Positions 38,582 through 52,724 of a stretch of DNA of 64,000 bases are shown in pieces. Below the pieces are notes generated by a model that worked only from the letters and a program-made list of their open reading frames with translations, did not search any database and was not told the origin of the DNA. The first letter of the stretch is position 1. Every line of letters begins with the position of its first letter. The stretch is from Adineta vaga (Eukaryota; Animalia; Rotifera). The translations under genes and the position numbers were made by a program. The DNA lies in assembly GCA_021613535.1 (NCBI GenBank), contig CP075495.1, positions 9,238,001-9,302,000 of the forward strand, read 5' to 3'.

Positions 38582-41500
38582 AACATCACCTAGAATATGA
38601 CAGAACTGAGAATAATACTAATAGAAAAAAAAGTTACGGTCAAACAAGTGTGTAAATTTATATGGTATTAATATTGATGATGAGCAAAAAAAGAAAAGAA
38701 AGAAAGAAGAAGAAGATGATGATAATGATGATGTCATCAATACCAGTAGTAATGACACAGTGGGTGCCAATGCATGTAATGATCAAATAAGATCGATTGA
38801 TGGATGGATCTGAATGTTCGTATGAACAGTTATGATATGATGCAACAATTGTCTATGTAACTAATTTTTTTTGCTTGGGATAAAAGTGAAAGATATAATC
38901 ATCAGAGGAGCAAAAAGAAAGCGAGAAGATGATATGTCGAATACAGGACGACAGGCGGCAACCTTCACTCAAGGTTGATAAAAAACGAAAGAATCAACGA
39001 TGATCGATATAATATCATCAACAGACAGTTGAAAAAGATGTACTAATGAATTCTAGAAGTATATCTTAATAGACACACGTAGAAATGTGCTAATAACCGT
39101 TTAGACAATGAAAAGGTCATCAATTCAAGAAGTTCTCATCAATGGCATAATCGAACGAGAAAGAAAGAAAGGGAGAGAGAGAGAATCAGAAGGATAAAAT
39201 AGTAAGAATAACAATGAACAATCACTCTCACCATATGAAATCACATTCTAGTTAACCTTTGTATGCCTTTATGTGAATAAGACAATAGATCACACTTCGA
39301 AATAGACTTACCAGCAGGGATAATAACAATAACAATATAGAAGTAACAAGAAGGAAAGAAAAGCAGCAAAAAAGTTGGTCTCGCCGTCTATAAACGCGTG
39401 GATCAAGTCACTAGTGAGATCGATGACGATTGACATTTTGATAGGAAGAACCTTGAGCATCCGAACGAATTGTTCTTCATGACTATGAACTTTGATAGAA
39501 TTTATGAGAGGATTAACGAACAAGAATATATGTTGTTCTAATTCGCGTACTTCTACTTATTCTTTTGTTCATATAACGTCCCTGAGGAAAGAAAAAGAAA
39601 AAAGAGAAGAAAAGAAAAGGAAAAAGAGGATTGAATTACAGTTTCAACTTGACTTTTAACGTACGAGAAGAAGCATAAACGAATACACACACACATTTTC
39701 ACGCAAGAAATATATACTTGACGTTGGAGAATAATGAGCAAGGTAGCAATGTGTCATCCATTGTGCTTCATAGAACTGAATAGAATATGATTATCAACAA
39801 ATATCGATAGCGGAAGCAACATGTGTCACTCGATCTATAAGCATATGAAAAAAAAAGACAAGTTTGCTCCTGTTGAATACACATAAATAAATATATATAT
39901 ATATATATATATATGTATATGTACATATGTGCATACAGAATACATACACACACACACCTTGTACTACACGTAGAGATCAATCACATTTTGTCACGATATA
40001 TATGTGCATACATACGAATGTTCGAAAAAAGAATATGAATATATATATCTAAATGAAGGTACGAAGATGAAAAAGAAGCATGTCCCCGAAAGGCGACGAT
40101 AATGACAACAGACCACTACCATTCAATGCGAAACAGTATGATGATGTAATTTTGAATGAGAGAATATTCGCATACTTACATCCGTACGCATCAAACCGTC
40201 ATCTTCAACATATCTATCATATGCAATGGTTGGTCACCGTGTAAATGACAGAAACACATTTTACTCCTCTTCTTTTCTCACTATTGAATGTTTTCTATAC
40301 ATCAGTCATGTTACTAGACTAGAAGATCAGATGACGGACTCTTTTGAATCTATATGTGTATGTATTTACTACAAGAAGAAAAAGAAGCCGCTGTTGATCA
40401 ATACAATTCATCGTTCGATGATGAGTGATATCTATATGATGACTGTCTTCAGTTCTTACTTGAATGCTTTTCTTTCTCGTCATATCAATCGCTCAATTCA
40501 GAATACTTATTCCTGATTAGTTCTCACAAAGAGTGAGCAATGACAATACCTTCAATTCTCCACTAAACATTGATGAAAGATTGATGGATCATCAATATAT
40601 CTATAAGTAATCCTATGTACATTCCTAGATTGTTATTGTTAGTTAGTTAGTTACGAGGAATTCATTCATTTGGTTGATAGAAAAAGAAAATGAATAAATG
40701 AATAGCTGACTATGGGAACATGATGTGATGACCTTGTATTAGCAATGGCCAATCGAGAATGTATACAAAACGATGGGTTTGGTTCTTCCTTGTTCGTACA
40801 CTCACTTGTTTGCTTGCCTTCCTCGCTCGCTCGCTCGCTCACTCATTCATTTCCTTGCATGTCAGACACAAAACGAGAATCAGAAACGAATAATGATGAA
40901 CGAGAACGGACAGTACATGTTTGTCGGCAAGAGAAAAAAATCGAGGGTACTCTTATACAAATCTCTATAGTGACATCCAATGTGATGTGATGATCGCCAT
41001 TCTCTGTCTTCTTACTTCACATAGCCTTAAGAGGAGTGAAGAAGGCAGAAGAAGAAACGAGAATAAACTGGGTTGGGCATCACGCAATTTGTATGGAATA
41101 TGGGAAGAGAAAGGAGAGAAGAAAACAAATACAAACTATACCATTCATTTCCACCTTTTTTCTATTGCTTCCAATTGCTGTCAGGCAAACAAACAGATGT
41201 CAGTTAGAATGATGATGATGATGCCGATTGATCCTCTTTTTTTCTTCTCTCAAAATATCATTATCTAAATACATGTATACATACAGGAGAAGACCCTCAC
41301 CTCATTGTATTCTCACAATAGATATTCAAAACAAAAATCAACGAACAAATATATATAAATATATATATAGAGATATTTATCCATATAGAATTTATAAACT
41401 AATTATACGATTACGGCCTCTGTGTGGTCCATATGCAAATGACTCAATGGGGTGCATGTATGCAATTTTGTTTTGTTTGTGCACTCTAGCTAGACACTCG

Positions 41501-41736
41501 AACAATTGCTCACTTCTTTGTCTTTTTCTTTTTCATTTCTCTTTCATTTTTCTTTTTCTATTCTAATCAGTTGACCAACAAATGACTTAGACGAATGGAC
41601 ACTTAAGATGAGTCGTTTTCGAAGGATAAACTCTATACATATTGAACAGGATTAGCTGTTTTTACCACACCATTGATTGATTCAGTGATTGACGACATGA
41701 ATGGTATATGTATATATGCATAAGCTTTTCGCACAT

Positions 41737-41761
41737 CTCTCTCTCTCTCTCTCTCTCTCTC
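41737..41761. repeat. (TC)n microsatellite; others at ~19273-19293 (TG) and ~39891-39913 (AT)
   Basis: Directly visible dinucleotide runs. Confidence 0.85.
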
Positions 41762-43616
41762 GTTTCATCAACAACACAAAACAAAAAATAACTTTGAAAG
41801 AAATCAAGAAAAAAAAAGACAAATAGCAAATAGATATGTGTATATACATATTGTGAGACCTTGATAATACTAGTTGAAAGAAGGACAGTATGTCTATATA
41901 ATATTTTACCTAATAGTGTCTGTCGTATGTCAACGGAAAAAAAGAAGCATCAATAACAATGTTGATAGAGACATGGTATGTTATTTCAATTCTATGCATC
42001 GCAATATAGACCCTAGATCAAGTTGCCCACCTATCATTCTTCGATTAGATACGCAATGATATTGACAAAAAAGAAAAAGAAATCATATTGAAAAAATCCA
42101 TCATGATGTATCGATTTAAAACCTTTTAATATCTTATCTTAATGTCTAGGGGGCACATAAGCAGCCTAAAAAAGAAAGAAAAGGAATGTTATTAAATAAA
42201 TATACACATATGTATATCATCAAGGTACAATATTATTTATCGAAAAATGTCATTTATTTCTAATCATTATACAGATAAGTTTTTAAATCATAAAGATTCC
42301 AACAATATCTTGATAGAACATCAATTCCATAAGCGAATACATATATTAAAGAGGATGTCCTTTCTACTTTAACTAATTTGTTAAAATCAAACAAACAAGA
42401 TAAGATTATATCAATGGGAAACTTTTTCAAAACATTTTACATAACATACGAATGTACATTAGTGAGAGAGAGAGAAAAAAAACACAGAATTGTTTTAAAC
42501 GAAGTTTAATATATTCATCAAATGTCGTTCTTTCAAGATTGATGAGAAAGAATTGTAATTAAACTCTATCCTATTACATCATATCATGACAAGTAGATTA
42601 TCATGATTCTTTTTTTTCATTGTACATATTTCTGATGTTTATTATCATGACAGTATAGCATTCATCTGTGAAGAAGACATAACATTTAAATAGATAAATT
42701 AATAATATCAATCTTTCAATTGATTCTCTATGCGAATATAAAATATAATTTATGTTCTTTTCTTAACATGTACTATCTACGTAATAGTTCTTCTTCTTCT
42801 TCTTTTTACAGAGATGATGATGATGTTCTATTGATTTCATTAAATAGTTTTATTACACATCCTACATATTACGTCAACATCTATTTGAAGATGACATTCA
42901 TTTACTCGAGTAATTCAATTGGAAGAATTACAACGTATTGATAATAAGTATTCGATTGATTGAAAAAATAATGTGCCTATTTACATGACAGAATTGAGTT
43001 TGATTATCAATTGTATTCTTTTTTCATTATGAAGGACAAGATATTGATATTCTCTAATCTTTTTTAAATAGTGATTTAAATCTTTTAAATAATATTAGAA
43101 TATTAAATGTTGATTATAAAGAATGTTTTATTCAAATAAATACCATCGTACACGTTTTGAGGCGGCTGGCTTTTTTACGTATATGACATGATGATTTATA
43201 GTCTTCGTCTTTGAGATATCTGCTGAATGTAGCTATTATTTAGAAAATTAGACAAAATTAATCAGTCTTTATATTAATAATCTATTTCCTGATGATAAGA
43301 GAATAATATGGCGGCAAAGAAATTTTCATCGATTAATGTTTTTTCTTCGTCTGAAAGAATAATTACAAAGTATATTTCAACCTAGAGAAAACTACTACGT
43401 ACAAAGATTCTTTTATTTGATAAAAATAAATTCACGAATGGAATTAGTACATAATATACTTGTCAAATTTGTCAAAAGTTCATATAATTTCACCTCCGTC
43501 TATCTGACAGGCATACCATGGGATTCATCTTTATTTGTTTCTGACGTTCTGTATGAGATTTCTTCTTCTTATTTTAATGAATTTTCTCATATATATTGAT
43601 GACAAAAATATGATTT

Positions 43617-44900
43617 TCACATTGTTGAAGTTCTGTATTGATGACGATGATGGTGATGATGATGATGGTGATGCTGAGAATTTGGAGAACATGATCCACG
43701 ATTGGTCATAGTTGTATGAGTCATAGTAGCTGAAGTATTCTGACAAACTGGTACTGCAGTATATTGTCTGTTACAAAGAATATATCGATGATAGAAAATT
43801 TTTAAATTACGTGAATATTCATAAAATGTTTGTACTGTTGCTCGACGAAAACGTTGACCAGCAAAACAATAAAAGATAAAATTTGTCTATTTAATATAGA
43901 AAAACATGATGGTATAATGAGATACGTTTTTTGATGATTTTTCGAAGAACTTACCGCATTATTTAATTGAAGGAAAATAATAGTAATTTGGTCCAAAACA
44001 AATGTTTGTTTAATTTCATATACTGAACGACTTTTTGATCGATTAAGTTGTATTATATATATAATCGATGCTGGTGTTGTGAATAAATAAAATGATAAAC
44101 TAACAGTTAAAAGCATAATTGTTAATTGTCGTTGTTTTCGATTGAAATTCACATCACAAATGCGTATTTCAGAGTTTTCTGTATTTGCCATAGACACTGA
44201 GGAAAGTCGATGTCGTCGTTGACATAAAGCTCCAACAGTGAATAGATTTGATAGAAGAAATAAATCTGGTATAGCATAAAATATAATTGGCTGATATACG
44301 CGAATAATTGAACGACCACGGAGACTTAATGTACATTTTCCTTTTGCTGATGTATTAATTATTTCATGTGTAAGGGGAAATAATGCTGTTAAAAAGATAA
44401 TCGCAATTGTTAGAAGTATATAGATTGAATATCGTGCTGAATCGATTGTACAAAACCGTTTGGCAAGAAATGGAGAGAAAACTGCAACACAACGTTCTAG
44501 AAATATAATTTATATGTAAATCATTCATTGATTATAAGGATGGATAGTTACCTAATGTTATAATAACAAGAATCCAATTAGCACAGAATATTGATAAATC
44601 TCTCAGATAATCTAGAGAACAATGTAGAAATAGATAACCATGAAATCGAACTAAATTTGAAGCATTTAAAAGTAAAACAGCTGTATCAAATATTCCCATA
44701 TAGGTTATAAATACAGCTGATGATGTATTTTTTAATGATTTTCGATTGATAACGATCATAGCGAGAAGATTTCCAAGTATACCAACGACACAAATAAATC
44801 CTTGAACGAATGCCATAATACGATTGACATCATCAAGATATTGTTGAATTTCATCGCGACGACTGGTTGAAGATGATGATAATGACGAATTATTGGACAT
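43617..44900 (-). CDS. Class A GPCR, 3 exons, His-rich C-terminal tail
   Basis: GILGN, MGIFD, TLERCVAVFSP, YAIPD, MLLTVSLSFYLFTTP, NNATNFIFYCFAGQRFR. Tail contains QHHHHHHHHRHQ. Confidence 0.88.
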
Positions 44901-47900
44901 TTTTCTTTTGTTTATAAGAATCTTTAATTTATATATAAAGAAAGAATTGAGTGGATGTTTAGCTTTTCTTGTGGAAACAAACAACTCTTTATATTATTTG
45001 TCAAAACCTAGGCTATCAACGAAAGTACTATTGTCTATATCTGTCTATCTAGTTTCTAAGGACAAAAAAATGGATACACCAGAGAATATGCCCAATTATG
45101 CTATATGTCTAACTATTTTTATTTTAGTCGATTGTTATTCGTTTCTAAATCTTGCATAACTTTCTCGTTTGAATTACACGAATGAATATTCGTCAGTACT
45201 CTCCTACCTCTGTTTCGATTGAGACAAAAAAAAACAAAATGTCCTCGCTGATTCTTGACAACGAATTTTTATTTCAAAATATTACTAATAACAAGTCTAA
45301 TTATATTATCATTAATGGCATGTAGAAGTTTTCCTCATACAACTAAGTGTCGTCGAACTATCCTCAAGAGAGTAAGAAAAACAAAAGAATGCCTAAAAAT
45401 ATTGACATAGAAAAATGTTGTCAATTACAATACATGTTTCAGTCTATCTCAAAGGACAAGTGTATAGAATATGACGTACGTTTCGTAGATAAATTGATTC
45501 AACAGTTGTGCAAGGGTTATTTCACAAGAGAATAAAATATAGGACGAAGAAATTCAGAAACTGTCAAAAAATATTTACATCAATATTTTTCAAAGTTCTT
45601 TTCTCTAAACATAAGAACAGTTATTATTAGTCATTAGAATAACTACTAGTTCGCACTGAGTTAATCAATACTTTTCAAAATAAAGAAAGAAATAACAAGA
45701 CTTATGTTGAACGAGTGATTGGCGAACGAATGTAATTCATGGTTTTATTATAACAAGCTGATGCCATATATAACTTTTGAACTAAGCAGAAAACTTTTTC
45801 TAATATGAGTGTGAACTATGCTCTCAATATAAAAAGAATCTCATTTTTCCTAATTAGTAGCGACACAATTGTTGATCTTTATAACGTGTTGAAAATAAAA
45901 GAAGTCAAACGGAAATAACGAACTATTCTTATTCTATATCAGCTAGTTTTTTTCTTCTTTTGTTAGGAGTCATGAGTTAAGATGTAAATTAACTCTTCAT
46001 GAATGAGACAGACAAATAATTAATATGACTCATTAACTAATATTTTTTTAGTAAAAGATAAATGAACTAGTACTGCATTATATTGAATATAGATTGGAAA
46101 TACTTTACTTACAAGATACTTTTTTAGAAGACTACTCAGCTTTTTTTCCCATTACATTCGATATGTTGTCAAGTCGTATTAGATATCTCACTGTATCGAT
46201 ACTATGACATCCTGTCTTATGACGAAAGAAAAGATCAGTTCTTCTGGTACTTTAAAACATGACGATCTCATCTGAAAATATTTATTGGAAGTAAGAAGAC
46301 AAAAAAAAGTACATCTTATCTGTGTGTCACTTGTAGAAAATCTGCTGCGCTATTGTGTTGATGACATGTCATCAAAAAAGAATAAGACATGTTTATAGAA
46401 TAAGATTCCGACATTGTACATTACGATCTTTTATTCTCTACGACAGGAAAAAAAACGAAGAAGACAAAGATTACCCAAAATAAAAGTGGATCGTTCTTTT
46501 TCTTTCTTCGTATCTCGAAAGATAGAAAATTAATAGCTATAACCTATGCTTTTTTCAGTCATCATAAGAAAGGCTTGTATATATAATCATGAAACAATTT
46601 TGAAGGACAGTAATAACAAAGTTACATTTAACATGATGAATTAGATTTTACTATGCTTACAGTAATTGTGTACATGTAGAACAAGAAAAACTATGCAGCT
46701 GTTCTTACAACTCTTCAAGTCAGTTTTTGACAGCACATGTGTTCATTCATCATAAAACAGGAAAAAATCCTTAATTATTGTGATACAAAATGATCAAAGA
46801 CTATTTTATACATTCTGATTAGTTGAGAAATTTAAAATAAAACTATCTAGAAGAAGATTTATCTTAATAAAGGACATATCTGATCTTCAAACTTGCATAG
46901 TCGACATCTAAACTAACAAGATTTATTTACTAATTCGATTACAGACGACGATCAATTGATTACTATAAAAATAGAAAATATGAATAAGTGCATTTTTTTT
47001 GATTGTGTGGATCTTTTCTACACAATTAAAAAGAGATCGATTATCATATTAGTAACATCAAAACAATAATATTGCCTATATGTACGATACTCTTTTTTAT
47101 ATTATCTCAAAATATAGAAAATTTATCTCTATTTTTTTAATGACAAAAATGTCTATTCACAAATAACAAATCATTATTTCTAAATTGCTGCTACATACAT
47201 TCATCTTTATGTCGTGTTTGTTATTGAAATACTTATTGAAGAGAATTTCGTGTGATAATAACACGCTTTTCCATATGTGAAAATAAATATACTTATATAT
47301 ATATATATCCTTTTCCAATGAAATAGCTTATACCCTTATCTGAAAGAGCAGTTAAAAACAGAAACTATAGAAAGAAATGATGTTTATACCAGTATTTCCG
47401 TAAAAAGACATCAATAAATGTCAGTATCAATTGATAGATATTGTATTGCAAATCGAAATCTATATTGAAATGTAGACCTAAACATATGGCGACATTTTAA
47501 GAACATAGTTTTTAATTTAGATATTGATTATGTGTCTGCAAAAGTGAACTTTTCTCATCAATATCCTTATGGTACAATTTCGATGTTATTTATTCGATGA
47601 AGAATTCATTGGTGATTAGTAAAGTTCTCTTTCTAATTCTTGCATCATATTATTGTAAGTAGGTCATGATTACGTTTAGAAAATACTAGTATTTCTTCAT
47701 CGTTGCACAACTTCAAATTCAAAAATAGTTTACGATAAGAAATTTTCATTTCGATTCAATTGAGAAAACTTCGTTCTTGACTTCGCATACAATCGATTAA
47801 CGTATCTTACACGACAATTGATAATCCAATGAGAAGCTGATAGTTGGTATTCACTAACAGTCTTCTATTGTTCTTATTGTTCTTATTGTTATTCTGTAGT

Positions 47901-48776
47901 TATTGTTTTTCGGTTGGAAAAATGACGGTTGACGCAAGCCTTTTTTTTGTCCACGGTGTACAAAAAAACATACGAATAACGACGTAATTTGATAAGATAA
48001 TACAGAGTGAAGAAAAGAACGAAAAAAAACGAAAGAATTCTATGTTTCATTTTGTTCCATATGACAATGCATATGTTCGACAAATGTTATCATAAGTCTT
48101 ATAATTTTCGACATTTTTATTCGTTTCTTCTTCGAGATATTTTTTTGTAAAAAGTGAAATTTTACATGGCAAAATTGTTCCTTCTGTATTAGCCATGTGT
48201 TCCAGGATGTTTATTCTCTGGAATGAGTAATCGTCTACGCCACATCAACAGCCTTTTCTTCTGTTTACCGTCCTCACTTTCAGCTTTACTTTCATCTACT
48301 ACTACTACTACTAGTCGAAAACAGTGTAAAAAAAGAGAAGTCGACAATATTTATTCTATTATTTTTTTAATGTATCCAACTTTCATCGAAAAGTATGAGA
48401 TTCAGATTAAGACGAACAAAAAAAACGTTTTTGTTTTTTTTTCTCAATGATGTACTTGCTTCTGTATTTTCGCACATTGTGAGACTTCTACTTCCGAGAA
48501 AGATAGTATGAAGTATAAATATGTAGTTAAAAAATGTTGACCATTGTAAATTATCAACAAGAAATAATTCTTATCCAAAGAATCCACCACGTGTTCTAGG
48601 ATTATATTCTTTTCGTTTCTTTATGACCTCTTAGTCCTCTTCTTTTTTGTTATGAAAAAAAAGTATCGTATAGTTATGCATGATCGATATTATCTATACA
48701 TTCTTTTTCTTTTTCTTTTTCGTTTTTTCTGTTTGATTTTACATAGAACGACGATTTTTTGTTACATTTAGATATA

Positions 48777-51700
48777 ATGTCAACGGGTAATCAGCAACCA
48801 CAAGTATTAAATAAGAAACAACGACGTAAACTTGCTCGAGGAAGTAATTCACAACCAAGTCAACAGCATGATAATGGTGATGAAGAAGTCAATGAAACTC
48901 AAGGAAATATACCGGTTCAGACACTACCTCAGCAGGAAATCAATGTACCTTTGACCGCTGAAAATGTACAAGAGTCTAACTCAAATACCACTATCAAACA
49001 AGTTGAGGATGTATGTTAATTTTCAAGTGAAAAGTTTTCAGAAATATTTTATTCTTACTATAGCCTATTTTAACAACGACCCTTGAGTCTGACATAACAG
49101 CAAATGGAATAGTAACAGTGATGATATCAGAAAATCTTGAGAACAACAATGGGACTTCTAATGAAGATATAGAACCGTGTTCACCTCGTCCAACACCACC
49201 GACACTACGACGCCGAAATAAACGCTTTCCAATAACATCTGCGATTCCATTATTACCCCCAGTCGAACAGAAACATGGACCTCCAAAAAAGCCAAGCCCT
49301 GGTAAAATTGGTACAGTGATAGAAGTTTTTACGAATCATTTTCCTGTTAAATTGGCACCCAATTTAATGCTTTATCAATATGATGTTTTGGTAGAAAGGA
49401 TGAGTTTTCAATCAACAAGCGGTTGGGAAGAAGCGATGAGTCGTGATCAACGTCGACGATTTGTACAAGAATTAGCTGAGAATAAAGTATTGAATTTTAT
49501 ATATTGGTAAGAGACTACGTGTTTCTTTTCTATAAGAAAAACATATTGCATTAAATTATATTTTCAAAATTTTAAAGGTATGACGAAGGTAAATGCCTTT
49601 ACACCACTCAAAAACTACCATCACGTCAATGTCCAATGATTTGCACTTTGCCAAAAAGTGATCACACTAAGCTTCGATTCTGTATCATTAACTTAGCTGG
49701 TCAATGGTCGACATCAACAATATTCGATTATCTTCGTACACCTGAGAACAATGTTCCATTGAGTGCTATTCGTATTCTTGAAACATTACTAAAGCAAGCT
49801 CTTCTACCGATGACACATTGTGAGGGTTCATTATTTTATCGAAATCGACAAGAACCAGACCAAAGTTTGCCAGATGGTTTTGAACTACGTTTAGGATTTT
49901 TTCAAGCATTACATTTAACACAAGCAGGACTAACACTCAATTTACAAACGACATTAACTAAATTTTATCCTCATATGGATATACTTGAGTTTTTGGAAAT
50001 TAATCTAAGAAAAGATATTCGAAAACATGGTATGACAAATAGTGATTATGATAAAGCTAGACAAGTATTAAATGGTTGTAAAATCACTACGAGACAATCC
50101 AATTATACTCAGGTATACGAGTGAAAATAAAGAATCGATATTTTTTAATTATCCCGTGATTCTTTTTCTCTTACTCAGATTTATCGGATCGGAAGTCTCT
50201 CGGACATTCCCGAACGACAAGTTTTCACATTTGTAAAAGAAACCACTGCTAATGATCAACAAATTCGTTCAGAAATTCAATATAATCTTATACAATACTA
50301 TGACAAGGAGAAAAATATTCAACTTAAATATCCCAAACTACGATGTTTACGATGTTATTTCTTACATGAACGACACGATCCAAAAGATTTACCAATGGAA
50401 TTATGTCGAATTCTTCAATGGCAAGAATGTGAACGTGAAGTAAGTACTTTATACAGTTAGATCATTAAACGACTACTCACAATTATAGTCAGCTAACGAA
50501 CAACGTGATCGTCAAAATCTTTCTATTCCATCCCCTGATCAACGTTATCGAGATATAATGTCATCACTTCGATCATGTACTTATACAGCACCACCAACAT
50601 TACCACTCTGTCAAGCTGTTCAATTAACTGTTGATGATCATGAAATGAAGTTAATCAAAGCACGTATTCTTCCACCACCTGTAGTTAATAATAATCAGGC
50701 AGACATCAATATGGGTCGTATTAATTTACGAGGAAAATTTTTTGAACCTTATAAATTGAAATCCGTTGCATTCGTTTATTTTGGTCCACCGCCACCGCCA
50801 TTATCTGCACAGAGAAAGGCTTTGATGGACAAATTTGTTGATTCATTTCATAAGGTGATACAATCAAATGCCTAAAAATTATCGATTTTTAATTCTTTTC
50901 ATTTCTAGATAGCTAATCAATTTCGTTTAGGACCTATTCAAACAAATAAAAAAGATATTGTTTGGATATCAGAGAATGAACTAGATCGGGAAGGAAATTT
51001 GAAACGTGTGGAGAAATGTTTTCAAACAAGAAAAGAACAGAATTGTGAATTAATGGTTTGTATTATGGATAGTAATTGGAATGAATTAAGACCCACAATT
51101 AAAATGAATGGAACAGTTCATTTCGGTATTGATCATTTCGTTATTTACTATTCATTTCTATTTTCATTTTGATATATGTATTCATTACAGGTATCACTAC
51201 TCAATGTCTTCTTTATTCGAAACTTCAGGAACAAATGGATAGATTTTCTCGTTCACAACGTGGTAGTCCTGATCGTATTTTGGATAATATGTGTGAAAAT
51301 TTATTAAGAAAAGTCAATTTTAAAATGCAAGGAATCAACACACAAGTTAATTTACCATTTACAACCACAAAAGGAAATGTTGCATCAGCACATACGAAAA
51401 AAATTGAAGATGCATGGCAATTTATGGGTGCAGATGTAATTCATCCTGTCTGTCGACAAGATAAACCATCAATTGCTGCTGTCGTTGGTTCAGGTGATGC
51501 ATTATGTTCAACTAGTGCCGTTCGTATTTGTAAACAATGGCCAAGAAATGGTAAATGTGCTATTGAAGCTGTTGTCGATCTACAACAGATGGTAACAGAA
51601 TTACTTGAATATTATCAAGCAGGAAATGATCGATTACCAAACAAAATTGTCTTCTATAGAGATGGTAAACAATAAATTTTATTAAAAGCAAAAAAAAGAT

Positions 51701-52398
51701 TTTATTATAAACTATTTTAATAGGAGTGGATGATGGACAATTTGCACGTGTTCTTAATTTTGAAATTCCACAATTGAAAGAAGCTTTTCGAAGTAATCGA
51801 TTTTTTTGCTAATTTATGTAATCGTATTCATTAAAACTGTTTTAGAGGTCTATCAAAATCAACCACTTCCATTATTAACATTTGTTGTTGTAAAAAAACG
51901 TCATCATACACGATTTTTTACTATTGATAATCGAAATCAAACAGCCAATGTACCTCCAGGACTTGTTGTTGATACAGATATTGTTCATCCAGGTCAATTT
52001 AGTTTCTTTCTTAATTCCCATAAAGCATTACAAGGTACGAATCGTCCTGCACTTTATCATGTACTTTATGACGAAATTCAATTTACTGCTGATGAACTTC
52101 AACTTTTAACTTATTATCTATGTTTTACTGATCCACGCTCATCAATGAGTGAAGCTATTCCATCGTTAGTTCATCAAGCTGATTTAGCAGCAAGTAATGC
52201 ACGTGATCTTTTTCCTGAAAGAGATACGTAAGTTTGTCTATTCGATATATTTCATCCTATTAGAACGATTTTCTTTCATTTAGTTCGACAAATGATGGAT
52301 ACGCAGCTGATGCTCTTGAAGATCCATCACTTACTGACATTGTTACTGAACATTTACGTGTACATGAAAGTATGCGTGATCGACCACATTTTGGTTAA
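48777..52398 (+). CDS. Divergent Argonaute (N, L1, PAZ, L2, MID, PIWI), about 10 exons
   Basis: PGKIGTVIEVFTNHF, LYQYDV, WYDEGKCLYT, GFELRLGFFQAL, LKYPKLRCL, LPMELC, ARILPPP, GITTQC, KVNFKMQGIN, FMGADVIHP, PSIAAVVGS, IVFYRDGVDDGQF, FVVVKKRHHTRFF, NVPPGLVVD, SHKALQGTNRPALYHVLYDE. Confidence 0.96.
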
Positions 52399-52724
52399 AC
52401 AATCGTGAATGAGCGTCTTTTTGATTGACAAAATTTGATTTGATTTGTGTACAAGAGTTCGAATATTTTTACTCATTTTTATAACGTTTTTTAAAAAAGT
52501 TTTCAAACAAGATTCTATCTACGATAAAAAATCAACGATATAAATATCGTTTAGTTATCATTAGTTTATATTAATTCATAGAGAATGGAAATCAAGTAAA
52601 TATCTAACATTTTCTCATCTAAAAAATTGTAATACAACAATCAATCATGAATGAATATTCTCTCCCATACGTCTTATCAATGTTTTCATTTCAATAAAAG
52701 AAAAATATGAACCATTACAATTTA

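Noticed and set aside
39300-43500. Many 60-115 aa ORFs
   Set aside because: Low-complexity, microsatellite-rich non-coding DNA, likely upstream or intronic to the SH2 gene. No splice-linked coding chain found.
45200-48700. 3.5-kb gene-free region upstream of Argonaute as a possible small-RNA cluster or hidden element
   Set aside because: No terminal repeats, tandem units or convincing coding remnants visible. Small-RNA mapping would be needed to say more.
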